A stretch of DNA of 51,231 nucleotides, taken from IMG/VR virus record IMGVR_UViG_3300049482_000044, positions 64,001 to 115,231 of that record; one strand, written 5' to 3'. Origin of the DNA: a virus (Duplodnaviria > Heunggongvirae > Uroviricota > Caudoviricetes). A model generated the notes under the pieces. That model was not told where the DNA came from. It made no database searches and saw only the letters and a list, made by a program, of their open reading frames with translations. The position numbers and the translations under genes were made by a program. Positions 15,554 through 24,008 of the stretch are shown in pieces. Position 1 is the first letter of the stretch, and each line of letters begins with the position of its first letter.

Positions 15554-17815
15554 TTGCCTTATACACCTAAGGTTTGGAAAGACCTGCCGGATCAGACCAC
15601 TCCGATCACAGCATCTGAACTTATCAGAATGGAAACCGGTATTGATACCGCGATTGACCATGCTGATACCTCTGGCAACCCCCATTCAACTACTGCAATA
15701 CAGGTCGGCGCGGCTGACTTAGCACACACACACCCAGATACATCACCGGGATCTACTTGGAGGTGGGCTTCTGCCGCACTGTCTACCAACCCCGGTGCGG
15801 GCAAGGTTGGTGTAGACAATAATACCGTTGGAAGCGCAACCCTACTTTATCTATCTGCAACTGATAAGGCCGGAACAGATTATTCTGGATTCGCCTCGGC
15901 TCTTAAGACAAAAGACGTAGTTTTTATCTGGGATAGAACAAACGCCGACAACTGGGCCAGGTTTGAAGTATCTGGAACCGTTGTTGATAATACATCATGG
16001 CTTCAAATCCCAGTAGTGCCCGCAGCCGGGCAGGGGGCAGAACCTTCAAATAATTCTGATGTCATGGTCATGTTCCTTTATGGTCCAAATTCTGTTGGCT
16101 CTGCTCTAACTGTTCAGGATGAAAACAGTAACGTTTCTAGTTCGGTAACGCAGATTGATTTTCAGGGTTCTGGCGTAACAACAACCTCTGGATCGGGTGA
16201 AGTTATTGTTACTGTGCCCGGCCTTACGGTACAGGACGAGAACGGAACTGTTGCATCTGGTGTAACACAAATTGATTTCCAGGGTGCTGGCGTAACTGCT
16301 GCTGCTGGATCTGGTGAAGTTGTCGTAACAATTACTGGTGCAGGCGGTGGAGCCGGAATTGCAAGTGTATCTGATGAAGGCAGCCTACTAACAAGTGCAG
16401 CAACTAGCGTCAATTTTGTCGGTTCCGGAGTAACCACTACAAATGTCGGTGCAGCCGTCACTGTGACTATTCCTGGGGCGACCGGTGCGAATACTGTAAG
16501 GTCTGGATCTGGTGTTCCCTCGAATGGTCTAGGCGTTGATGGAGATTTCTATATCAATACTGCTGCGAATACGATTTATGGACCAAAGGCATCTGGTGTT
16601 TGGGGTTCTTCTACAAACCTAGTTGGTCCGCAGGGCGCAACAGGAACAACGGGTTCTGCTGGTGTTGATGGAAAAACCGTTCGTTCCGGTTCTGGCGTCC
16701 CCAGTAATGGTCTAGGAGTCGATGGTGATTTCTATATTAATACCGCTGCCAATACAATTTATGGACCCAAGGCGTCAGGTGTTTGGGGTTCCTCAACGAG
16801 CCTTGTCGGACCACAGGGAACCACCGGAGCCAACGGCCAGGGTGTACCAACCGGAGGTACGACTAGCCAGGTTCTATCAAAAATAGATGGAACCAACTAC
16901 AACACCCAGTGGGTAACTCCTTCTGGCGGCGCAGCCAATATTACAGTAAAAGATGAAGGCACTACACTCACATCATCGCTGGCTCAAATAGACTTTACTG
17001 GTTCTGGTGTAACTGCTACAACCTCTGGTGCCAACGTTACCGTTACTATTCCCGGCGGGGCGGGTGGCGGAAATACTATCACCTGGCTAACTACAAATGT
17101 ACTGCCATCACCAGCCGGATACATTGATGGGGATGTAGTAGTTCTTCAAAATGCCGCCGCTGCTGCTGGTAACGGTTTTTATAAGCGCGTGTCGGCGGCG
17201 TGGGTTCTTCAAGCGGCGGGCCTTCAGTCAATGGCAAATACCTATATTGCACCATATTTAACTGCAAACTTCGCAAGCGCGGCGAGCAGTACAACATCGA
17301 CCGCCTCGTCCTTTTCAATAGATGCACCCTCACTACCAGCAGGCATTTTTGCTGGACAATATACCAAAACTGGTACATGGGCTAACAGTTCTGGGCTTTA
17401 CTGTTCTAGCGGCGCTGGTGGCATTAAATTTGGTTGTGGTCTGAAGGCAAGTGTTACTATTATACTTAGTGTTTTGGGTGCAGGATTCAATCTTGGTACT
17501 AGTTCCAACACCAGTCTCACACCCACAAATGGACTTTCTGTATCGGCTACCGGAATTATAACATATAGTAATGATTATTTTCCAACGGTTAAAAACATGT
17601 CAGCACCGATGGTCGCGGGAGATGTTCTTAGGCTGAGTTATGTGTCAGATATGCAGACAAGCATAGAACACTTTGATTCTAATAGTGCATTGATACAGAC
17701 AGCGGTGGGCGGACTTGGAAGTTATGCGGCAGCGGTAGGTTTCGGCAGGGAATTTATTGGTGTAAATGTTCCTGGATCTTCAACAAAATTTGGTTATATT
17801 GGATTTGAGGTATAA
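15554..17815 (+). CDS. Repeat-rich tail fibre/adhesin-like protein
   Basis: 753 aa; YTPKVW..TPITA N-terminus; several DE(G/N)...(D/N)F.G.GVT repeats; a 48-aa tandem duplication. Confidence 0.75.
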   Translation: MPYTPKVWKDLPDQTTPITASELIRMETGIDTAIDHADTSGNPHSTTAIQVGAADLAHTHPDTSPGSTWRWASAALSTNPGAGKVGVDNNTVGSATLLYLSATDKAGTDYSGFASALKTKDVVFIWDRTNADNWARFEVSGTVVDNTSWLQIPVVPAAGQGAEPSNNSDVMVMFLYGPNSVGSALTVQDENSNVSSSVTQIDFQGSGVTTTSGSGEVIVTVPGLTVQDENGTVASGVTQIDFQGAGVTAAAGSGEVVVTITGAGGGAGIASVSDEGSLLTSAATSVNFVGSGVTTTNVGAAVTVTIPGATGANTVRSGSGVPSNGLGVDGDFYINTAANTIYGPKASGVWGSSTNLVGPQGATGTTGSAGVDGKTVRSGSGVPSNGLGVDGDFYINTAANTIYGPKASGVWGSSTSLVGPQGTTGANGQGVPTGGTTSQVLSKIDGTNYNTQWVTPSGGAANITVKDEGTTLTSSLAQIDFTGSGVTATTSGANVTVTIPGGAGGGNTITWLTTNVLPSPAGYIDGDVVVLQNAAAAAGNGFYKRVSAAWVLQAAGLQSMANTYIAPYLTANFASAASSTTSTASSFSIDAPSLPAGIFAGQYTKTGTWANSSGLYCSSGAGGIKFGCGLKASVTIILSVLGAGFNLGTSSNTSLTPTNGLSVSATGIITYSNDYFPTVKNMSAPMVAGDVLRLSYVSDMQTSIEHFDSNSALIQTAVGGLGSYAAAVGFGREFIGVNVPGSSTKFGYIGFEV
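16493..16819 (+). repeat. Intragenic tandem duplication (2 x 144 nt, period 183 nt)
   Basis: Copies at 16493-16636 and 16676-16819 encode 47/48 identical residues. Confidence 0.9.
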
Positions 17816-18760
17816 ATGAAACTACAGGACTATACAAAGCGAACCACTGGCGCTCCCGCTACAGGAACCTACAGCGTTGGTGATGAAATTATTGATTCGG
17901 CGGGCGCGATTTATCGATGTGTGACTGCTGGCACTCCAGGAGTCTGGTTGTCGCTAGTCGTTGGTGGAGGCATTACTATTTACGCATCCGGAATCCCAAG
18001 CAATGTGGCTGGAAATAATGGCGATACGTATGTAAATACTGCTAACGGCTTTATATATGGACCAAAAGCGGCGGGCGCGTGGCCTACCACACCAAGGCTT
18101 AATACATCTCAGGTTGGGTCCACTGGGGCAGTACCACTAGTCACCGGCATGTCATCATCTAATGGGATTAATCGCTTCGCTATTGCATCCGGATCCACTA
18201 ACGGACAGGCGCTCCCAGTTGCTTCTACCAATGGAAACAGCGATGCTTCTATAGTCTGGAATACAACAGCAGCAGGTTGGCGTCGCAATACAGCGATTAC
18301 TGCTTATGCCTATTATGCGCCAACAGGATACGACGCGTTTAATTATTCTATTTATGCTAGTTATACTTCTGCAAAAGCAACTATAGCCGAACTGCCCACC
18401 GGCTCAGATACTATGGCCCTAAGCGCCGGAGGGTTTTATGGCTTACCAGCCTATCCGATGATTACCGTGTCTAATACTGGAGCGGCGACGATTAACATTA
18501 ATAATGGTTATGGGTATTATATTACTGGTAGTTCGGGCACCGTCCTTGCGGTTAATGATAAAATTTCTATTTCTCGCAATAATGATGAGGTTCAAGTTAT
18601 AGCCTATTCTACCGCCACGAGCCCAAAAATATTTTGGCGCGGGGGTTGGGCGGGCGACCCAGACCCATATGTTCAATGTCCGGCTTTTGCATTCGCCTTC
18701 TCGGGAACTTCTGGCGTACAGGGGGCATGGGCTTCCCCTTCGATTCAGTGGAAAATATAA
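17816..18760 (+). CDS. Putative fibre/receptor-binding protein
   Basis: 314 aa; CVTAGTPGVW and G.PSN..G..GDTYVNT....YGPK modules shared with neighbouring genes. Confidence 0.7.
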   Translation: MKLQDYTKRTTGAPATGTYSVGDEIIDSAGAIYRCVTAGTPGVWLSLVVGGGITIYASGIPSNVAGNNGDTYVNTANGFIYGPKAAGAWPTTPRLNTSQVGSTGAVPLVTGMSSSNGINRFAIASGSTNGQALPVASTNGNSDASIVWNTTAAGWRRNTAITAYAYYAPTGYDAFNYSIYASYTSAKATIAELPTGSDTMALSAGGFYGLPAYPMITVSNTGAATININNGYGYYITGSSGTVLAVNDKISISRNNDEVQVIAYSTATSPKIFWRGGWAGDPDPYVQCPAFAFAFSGTSGVQGAWASPSIQWKI

Positions 18761-19146
18761 AATATCTTGATATAGGAACTGGCCGTGGCGAGCATTTAAA
18801 AAAAATGATACAAAAATATGGTCAGAGTAATATAGTGTCTGTAGACACCGACCTACCGTGTGTAAACTGGGCCAAAAGATTGTATCCTGATGTTACTTAT
18901 GTACATGGAGACTGGAGCCTTGCGTTGCATTATGGACCTTTTGAATATGCCCATGTTGATCATTTTGGCAATAGGCTAGAAGCAACCAGAATTCTTATGG
19001 ATTTAAACACTAATATTATAGAGGTCGATGATATGGATATTATGACAACAGAATGGTCAGAAAAAATTCCGCAACTCGCAAAAGAATACGGATACAGTTA
19101 TACTAATAATGGAAAGAAAGCCTATATGGTGAAGGAGGATATATGA
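18748..19146 (+). CDS. Class I SAM-dependent methyltransferase
   Basis: Motif I LDIGTGRG, acidic VSVD at the end of beta2, VHGD; start probably GTG 18748 (ATG 18727 possible) rather than 18634. Confidence 0.8.
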   Translation: MENIKYLDIGTGRGEHLKKMIQKYGQSNIVSVDTDLPCVNWAKRLYPDVTYVHGDWSLALHYGPFEYAHVDHFGNRLEATRILMDLNTNIIEVDDMDIMTTEWSEKIPQLAKEYGYSYTNNGKKAYMVKEDI

Positions 19147-19466
19147 GTTACGCAAGAATGATCGAGTTGTCCCGAGACGTTAATTTTAGGTCTCTAGTTC
19201 AGGCAGCAATCACAGACAAGGCTCTAGCAGTAATGTCTGAGCCAGAGCCAGAAGTTATGCCGTCCGACCGGGCGACTAAGCGTGGAATTCTAGCGGGATA
19301 TGTTCTCGCCGCCCCCGCAAACGAAGTGGAAAGATTTTCTATAGCCGTTGCCGTTAGGACGCCAGAGACAGCAACATCACAGGAACTCCCATCCGATTCC
19401 GATATTGCAGACATACTAAATGATATTTGGAATAGTGTTGCCGGTGTCAAGGAATGGGACATCTGA
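19143..19466 (+). CDS. Small conserved phage protein (possible fibre assembly chaperone)
   Basis: MSY...FRSLVQAA...SDSDIADILNDIWNSVAG pattern seen after fibre genes in actinophages (recall). Confidence 0.65.
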   Translation: MSYARMIELSRDVNFRSLVQAAITDKALAVMSEPEPEVMPSDRATKRGILAGYVLAAPANEVERFSIAVAVRTPETATSQELPSDSDIADILNDIWNSVAGVKEWDI

Positions 19467-19472
19467 TATAAT
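19464..19472 (+). promoter_or_regulatory. Extended -10 promoter (TGnTATAAT) for the candidate sRNA
   Basis: TGATATAAT, perfect consensus, overlapping the upstream stop codon. Confidence 0.55.
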
Positions 19473-19475
19473 CAT

Positions 19476-19590
19476 ACTACGGGTTCGCGGTTGTCGCCGC
19501 TAAGTCGTTACAGGGAATGTGCAGGATTTCGCTGCATAGCCTTAGGATGGTAGTTACTGCACGGACCCGGCTTCGGTCGGGTCTGTTGCA
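19476..19590 (+). ncRNA. Candidate structured small RNA (family not recognised)
   Basis: Non-coding gap with nested stems 19476-80/19550-54, 19481-85/19538-42, 19487-90/19497-500 and 19520-24/19532-36, then a UUCG hairpin; flanked by a promoter and terminator. Confidence 0.5.
19561..19586 (+). terminator. Intrinsic terminator-like hairpin
   Basis: ACGGACCCGGC-TTCG-GTCGGGTCTGT, 11 bp including G-U pairs, cUUCGg loop. Confidence 0.75.
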
Positions 19591-19613
19591 TTTCCGGCCC
19601 AAAATGCTATACT
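19586..19613 (+). promoter_or_regulatory. Sigma70-like promoter
   Basis: TTGCAT-16 nt-TATACT with TG extension; ATG 9 nt downstream with no SD. Confidence 0.65.
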
Positions 19614-19622
19614 TTTAATACA

Positions 19623-22016
19623 ATGTATCGTGAGCATGTTCTAGCAACCCGGCCATATAGTTACTTCACCTTAGACGGATCTACAGGTAATGTGGACACC
19701 CTCGGTAGGTCAACAAGCCTGACTGGTGTCACGGCCACCAACCTGGGCGCAGTTCCTCCTCGCTGGTATCAACCGTTAGTTCCTGGGTATACCGCTTCTG
19801 AACTATCATCAGCATCAACGACCCCGACCAAGCCTTTCGGCAAGGTGGGCTACGAATCAAAGGCGTTCAGCATCGACTTCTGGTTTGATCTGCATACTGT
19901 TATCAACACATCATCATACACAGTGAGCACTACATTATTTAGCCAGGGCGGGCAGAATCTAGTAATCGCTGATCCGAAAAACCTATATGTTCAGTTCACC
20001 GCCTCTGATCCGACTAAGACAATAGTTCTGCAGTACCAGATAGAGGATTCCTGGTCCGCCAAGCATATCTGTATCTCCTGGGGCGGGACCATTGCAGCCC
20101 TGTTCGTAAACGGAGAACTAGTAGATGCCGTCCCAGTGCCTACTGGATTCGTATTCGCTAATAGCACGTCTGCTATGGTATTCACCGCACCCGCCGCTGG
20201 GCATATTGCCATTTACGACCGTCTGCAGACACAGAATGAACTTATAGACAAGTACAATAGTATTTCAGATCTTACCTCTCACTCCAACTCGGTAGAGCGT
20301 GACGGAGGGGAACTATTTGAGATGTGGTTGACGCCAGAGAAATATACTGATATACCTCTGACGTATGATCTGGCTGGGTCTGGGTCTATCGGTGCAAACA
20401 TAAATACTGATGGACTATATTCGCCCGTCGTAGTTAACAAGGCGGTGCTATCGGGCGGGTCTCTGACTCAGGATGGAGCCGGAACAACTATCTCGTCCCA
20501 GTATATTTTCATAGATGCCTATAATTATCTATCATCATCATCATGGGTTATCTCCATCGAGACCAACGACGACAACACCCGCGCGGGAAATGAATATCTA
20601 TTTACTATATACAACCCACGCGAGGCGCTAGAGTTCTATGTCACGTCCGGGAACGTACTGACGGTAAAGAAGATAAACTTCAACGCCGATGGAACTACCA
20701 CGTCGACAACATATGCCTATGATACCGTGGTAACAACCACCGCCCGCAAGTTCGTCTTTGTCATGGATAATAACTATCTGTACGCAAAGACCGGTGCTTC
20801 GTCTACTGTACTGAATACAATTTCGGCGGTGGATAATACATATATACCTATGAGTGTTATGTCGGGAACCAAGATCCTTATCGGAACATCGGCTGACCTA
20901 ACTGGCGTTGCTGTGCCGAAGATCCTGAATTTCTACACCCACCGCGCGAAGTTGTCAGCAACAATAACAGGTGGCAGTTATGACTTCTATCAGAACCAGT
21001 ATTACTCATCTGGATACTGGCCTCTTACCAGTTCCTACGGCCTGCGCGGGCAATCAGCGCAGAGTCTAGTTTCTGCTCCATATGTTTCTACATCAAGCAC
21101 AATCCAGTCGGCCTTCCTAAAGAGCGAGAAAACATATGGAACTGATATCACTTTCACATCGAGCGTGGGCAACTTCACCACGCGGGAGCAAGTGGCGTCT
21201 GTACCAACCGCCACCATCCCGTTTGGGTCGGTAGCAGGAGCAGGATTCGCTCGTCAGATAACATCAATGATTGTAGACCAGCAGACTGCCAATAACAGGG
21301 TTGACACACAGGCACCGGGCATTAAGTCGTCTACCCTGCGTCTATTCCATACACTGCGTAGCAATTCGACTAATTCCGCATCTTACGTGGCATTTACAGG
21401 CGCTGGCGCATGCTGGATGAATAATGGTCCGTCAACTACTATGAATCACGACAGATATGCTGGAGTATTTTTCCAGTCAGGCTCAGTGGGTGGGCCCGTA
21501 GTGAATCCGCTTGTAGACGGCTCAACAATCAGATATACATATAGGAGTTTCGAGTTCTTAGTATATTGCCAGTCGGCTGCTACCAACACGGGTCACATCG
21601 TCAGTTTCTACGACGGCACGACAGAATACTACTTTAGGATATCTGGCAATTCATGGCAGACAAACTTCAGTAATGTGAAGATAAACGGTCAGGCTATCGC
21701 TGGACAGTCGGCTCAATACCTGCTAGATAATTGGGTTCACGTCTATGTCGAAATCCCATCGACCATTCAAGACCGCCAGGTTTACGTCGGCAAGTCATAC
21801 AATGGGGCTACCTATGTGAACGGGGTGGGTGTGAAGAACTTTGCAACTTATGATCGAGTGCTTACAGCCGCTGAAATAGACGAGCACTACCAATGCTTCA
21901 CTGGAAGATATAGTAAATCTTTAGCCGTGGTAGATACTATCTCACTGGCAGAAAATGCTGTCGTAAGCATGTATTCTGTAGCCTGGTTCAGCAACATTGT
22001 TCCAGGATCATCATAA
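19623..22016 (+). CDS. Virion protein with LamG/concanavalin A-like domains
   Basis: YREHVLATRPYSYFTLD start; FSIDFWF, HICISW...LFVNG and V.NFATYDRVLTAAEIDEHY LamG-type motifs at both ends. Confidence 0.75.
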   Translation: MYREHVLATRPYSYFTLDGSTGNVDTLGRSTSLTGVTATNLGAVPPRWYQPLVPGYTASELSSASTTPTKPFGKVGYESKAFSIDFWFDLHTVINTSSYTVSTTLFSQGGQNLVIADPKNLYVQFTASDPTKTIVLQYQIEDSWSAKHICISWGGTIAALFVNGELVDAVPVPTGFVFANSTSAMVFTAPAAGHIAIYDRLQTQNELIDKYNSISDLTSHSNSVERDGGELFEMWLTPEKYTDIPLTYDLAGSGSIGANINTDGLYSPVVVNKAVLSGGSLTQDGAGTTISSQYIFIDAYNYLSSSSWVISIETNDDNTRAGNEYLFTIYNPREALEFYVTSGNVLTVKKINFNADGTTTSTTYAYDTVVTTTARKFVFVMDNNYLYAKTGASSTVLNTISAVDNTYIPMSVMSGTKILIGTSADLTGVAVPKILNFYTHRAKLSATITGGSYDFYQNQYYSSGYWPLTSSYGLRGQSAQSLVSAPYVSTSSTIQSAFLKSEKTYGTDITFTSSVGNFTTREQVASVPTATIPFGSVAGAGFARQITSMIVDQQTANNRVDTQAPGIKSSTLRLFHTLRSNSTNSASYVAFTGAGACWMNNGPSTTMNHDRYAGVFFQSGSVGGPVVNPLVDGSTIRYTYRSFEFLVYCQSAATNTGHIVSFYDGTTEYYFRISGNSWQTNFSNVKINGQAIAGQSAQYLLDNWVHVYVEIPSTIQDRQVYVGKSYNGATYVNGVGVKNFATYDRVLTAAEIDEHYQCFTGRYSKSLAVVDTISLAENAVVSMYSVAWFSNIVPGSS

Positions 22017-22018
22017 GT

Positions 22019-22047
22019 TTGCATTATTCGGTACAGAATGCTAATAT
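22019..22047 (+). promoter_or_regulatory. Sigma70-like promoter, probably leaderless
   Basis: TTGCAT-17 nt-TAATAT with TG extension; ATG 6 nt after the -10. Confidence 0.65.
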
Positions 22048-22053
22048 CTGGTC

Positions 22054-22443
22054 ATGGCTGTACCAATCTTAACCCCGAAACAAGAAATTGAAGCAACCGA
22101 GACTACGCCCAAGGCGAAGGTTTCGATAGTCGATGAAACCAATATCGGTCTGTATATTTGGATGCTACCAACTGGCGAGCCGCTTGCTGATGAGGATGCT
22201 AACTTCCTCGCTATTCCAGCCAAGCGCGGGGACAAGAAAAGAATGAAACTTCTTGCAGACACAGCAAATAGTTATGGATATCCTGATGGTGAGGCCGTGT
22301 TCTACGCAGGCTCTCGCAGAATTAGCGATGACGAGTTCTGGCATCAGGTAGACAATATTATGAACGGTAGAGTGCCAGATGATTACGACATACCAGCCCT
22401 AATGGGCGAGATTGAGGCGAAGCAAAGTGGTCTTGGTTACTGA
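22054..22443 (+). CDS. Conserved hypothetical protein upstream of portal
   Basis: 129 aa; GLYIW.LPTGE.L.D.D.NFL.IP motif. Confidence 0.75.
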   Translation: MAVPILTPKQEIEATETTPKAKVSIVDETNIGLYIWMLPTGEPLADEDANFLAIPAKRGDKKRMKLLADTANSYGYPDGEAVFYAGSRRISDDEFWHQVDNIMNGRVPDDYDIPALMGEIEAKQSGLGY

Positions 22444-23968
22444 AACTGAAACCGACGACGGAATCGAAGTTTATGTAAGCCCAGGCACTCAAACAGTGCC
22501 GCAGGACTCCGACCCGTTTGTTATGTCTGCAGAGGACTTTCTTAAACTAGACGGTCTATCTACAGCATTCAAGCGCAGGAGGATGAATAAGGCCGAGCAA
22601 GTACGGACGAAGTCTGCCGAGGTCGGTAGTTTCTTTTCTTATGATAACTTCAATGTGGTATCACCAGAATACAACCTCGTATATCTTGCCAAGATTTATG
22701 AAATGTCGTCTCCTCACTACGCTGCTGTACAGGCCAAGGTATCTAATATCGTTGATCTTGGATACGACCTTGAGCCTACATACAAGTTGAAGCGGGCCAT
22801 TGAGACAGCCACCACTGATAATAAGCGTAAAACACAGGAGCGCAAGGCCGAGGATGAGAAGCAGCAGATACTTGACTGGCTAGACACGCTTAATTGGCAC
22901 CACCCATTCGGGGAAACGCTTCACAATCTATGGATTGATTACGAGTCCACTGGAAACTGCTACCTAGAAATAGGGCGGACCAAGACCGGAAGAATAAACT
23001 ACGTAGGACATATTCCTTCCACCACGATGCGTGTTCGAGTTAATCGTGACGGCTTTGTTCAGTTAATAGGAAATAAGGTCGTGTTCTTCCGTAACTTCGG
23101 AGACCTTGTTGCTGAAAACCCATTAACTGTAGACCCAAATCCAAATGAAGTAATCCATATCAGCAATTACACTCCTATGGATAGTTACTATGGAATCCCT
23201 GACATTATCCCCGCCAAGGAAGCACTGGCGGGCGACGAGTTCGCATCAAGATATAACCTTGATTACTTCGAGCACAAAGCAGTTCCGCGCTATGTGATTA
23301 CTTTAAAGGGCGGCAAGTTAAGCCAGAATAGCCAGCGGGCCATTGTAGAACTATTCGAAACGGGAGTAAAGGGAAAGAACCACAGAAGCATCTTTGTTCC
23401 GCTTCCGCCAGACACCCCGGATTCCAAGGTTGAATTTAAGATGGAGGCTATTGAGTCGGGAACTCAAGACTCTAGTTTCAATACTTATCGCAAGATGAAT
23501 ATTGATGAGATTTTTATGGCTCACCGTACCCCTAAATCTAAGTCTGGGTATATGGATGGAGTCGGCCTCGCCGCTGCGCGAGACGCTGACAAGGGCTTCA
23601 AGGAGCAGGTAACTCGACCAAAGCAGACGATGATCGAGAAGCGCATCAATTTGATCCTTGGAACCATAACCGACAATTTCAAGTTTATGTTGAATGAACT
23701 TACTCTATCTGACGAAGAGACTCAGTCTAAGATTGATGAGCGCTACCTACGCATGCAGACCTTTGTTCCTAATGAGGTTCGTAAGCGCCAGGGGCTACCG
23801 CCAATTGATGGTGGCGATGACGTTGTCAAGATCGGCGCCCAGGCAAATGCTGACCAGGCAGCGACGGCAAATCAATCTCGGACCAGAGACGCCGCCCGTT
23901 CGGCGGGGGCCTCTGACAGCGCTGGTAATGGTAGAAATGCTCAGGGTGACGGTAGGACTACACAATAA
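22427..23968 (+). CDS. Portal protein
   Basis: HK97-like portal motifs (WIDYESTGNCYLEIGR, NEVIH, YYGIPDI, YFEHKAVP, PNEVRK..GLPPIDGGD); start GTG 22427 (TTG 22412 possible). Confidence 0.92.
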   Translation: MVLVTETETDDGIEVYVSPGTQTVPQDSDPFVMSAEDFLKLDGLSTAFKRRRMNKAEQVRTKSAEVGSFFSYDNFNVVSPEYNLVYLAKIYEMSSPHYAAVQAKVSNIVDLGYDLEPTYKLKRAIETATTDNKRKTQERKAEDEKQQILDWLDTLNWHHPFGETLHNLWIDYESTGNCYLEIGRTKTGRINYVGHIPSTTMRVRVNRDGFVQLIGNKVVFFRNFGDLVAENPLTVDPNPNEVIHISNYTPMDSYYGIPDIIPAKEALAGDEFASRYNLDYFEHKAVPRYVITLKGGKLSQNSQRAIVELFETGVKGKNHRSIFVPLPPDTPDSKVEFKMEAIESGTQDSSFNTYRKMNIDEIFMAHRTPKSKSGYMDGVGLAAARDADKGFKEQVTRPKQTMIEKRINLILGTITDNFKFMLNELTLSDEETQSKIDERYLRMQTFVPNEVRKRQGLPPIDGGDDVVKIGAQANADQAATANQSRTRDAARSAGASDSAGNGRNAQGDGRTTQ

Positions 23969-23970
23969 AT

Positions 23971-23999
23971 TTGCATTTTAAGTTAAATACAATTAGTAT
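23971..23999 (+). promoter_or_regulatory. Sigma70-like promoter
   Basis: TTGCAT-17 nt-TAGTAT; ATG 9 nt downstream with no SD. Confidence 0.5.
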
Positions 24000-24008
24000 C
24001 AACACACC

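Noticed and set aside
19476-19560. tRNA, hammerhead/twister/pistol ribozyme or known riboswitch
   Set aside because: GGTTCG is not in a valid T-arm, no cloverleaf or CCA end, no CUGANGA/GAAA core, and no aptamer consensus that I recognise; kept only as an unclassified ncRNA candidate.
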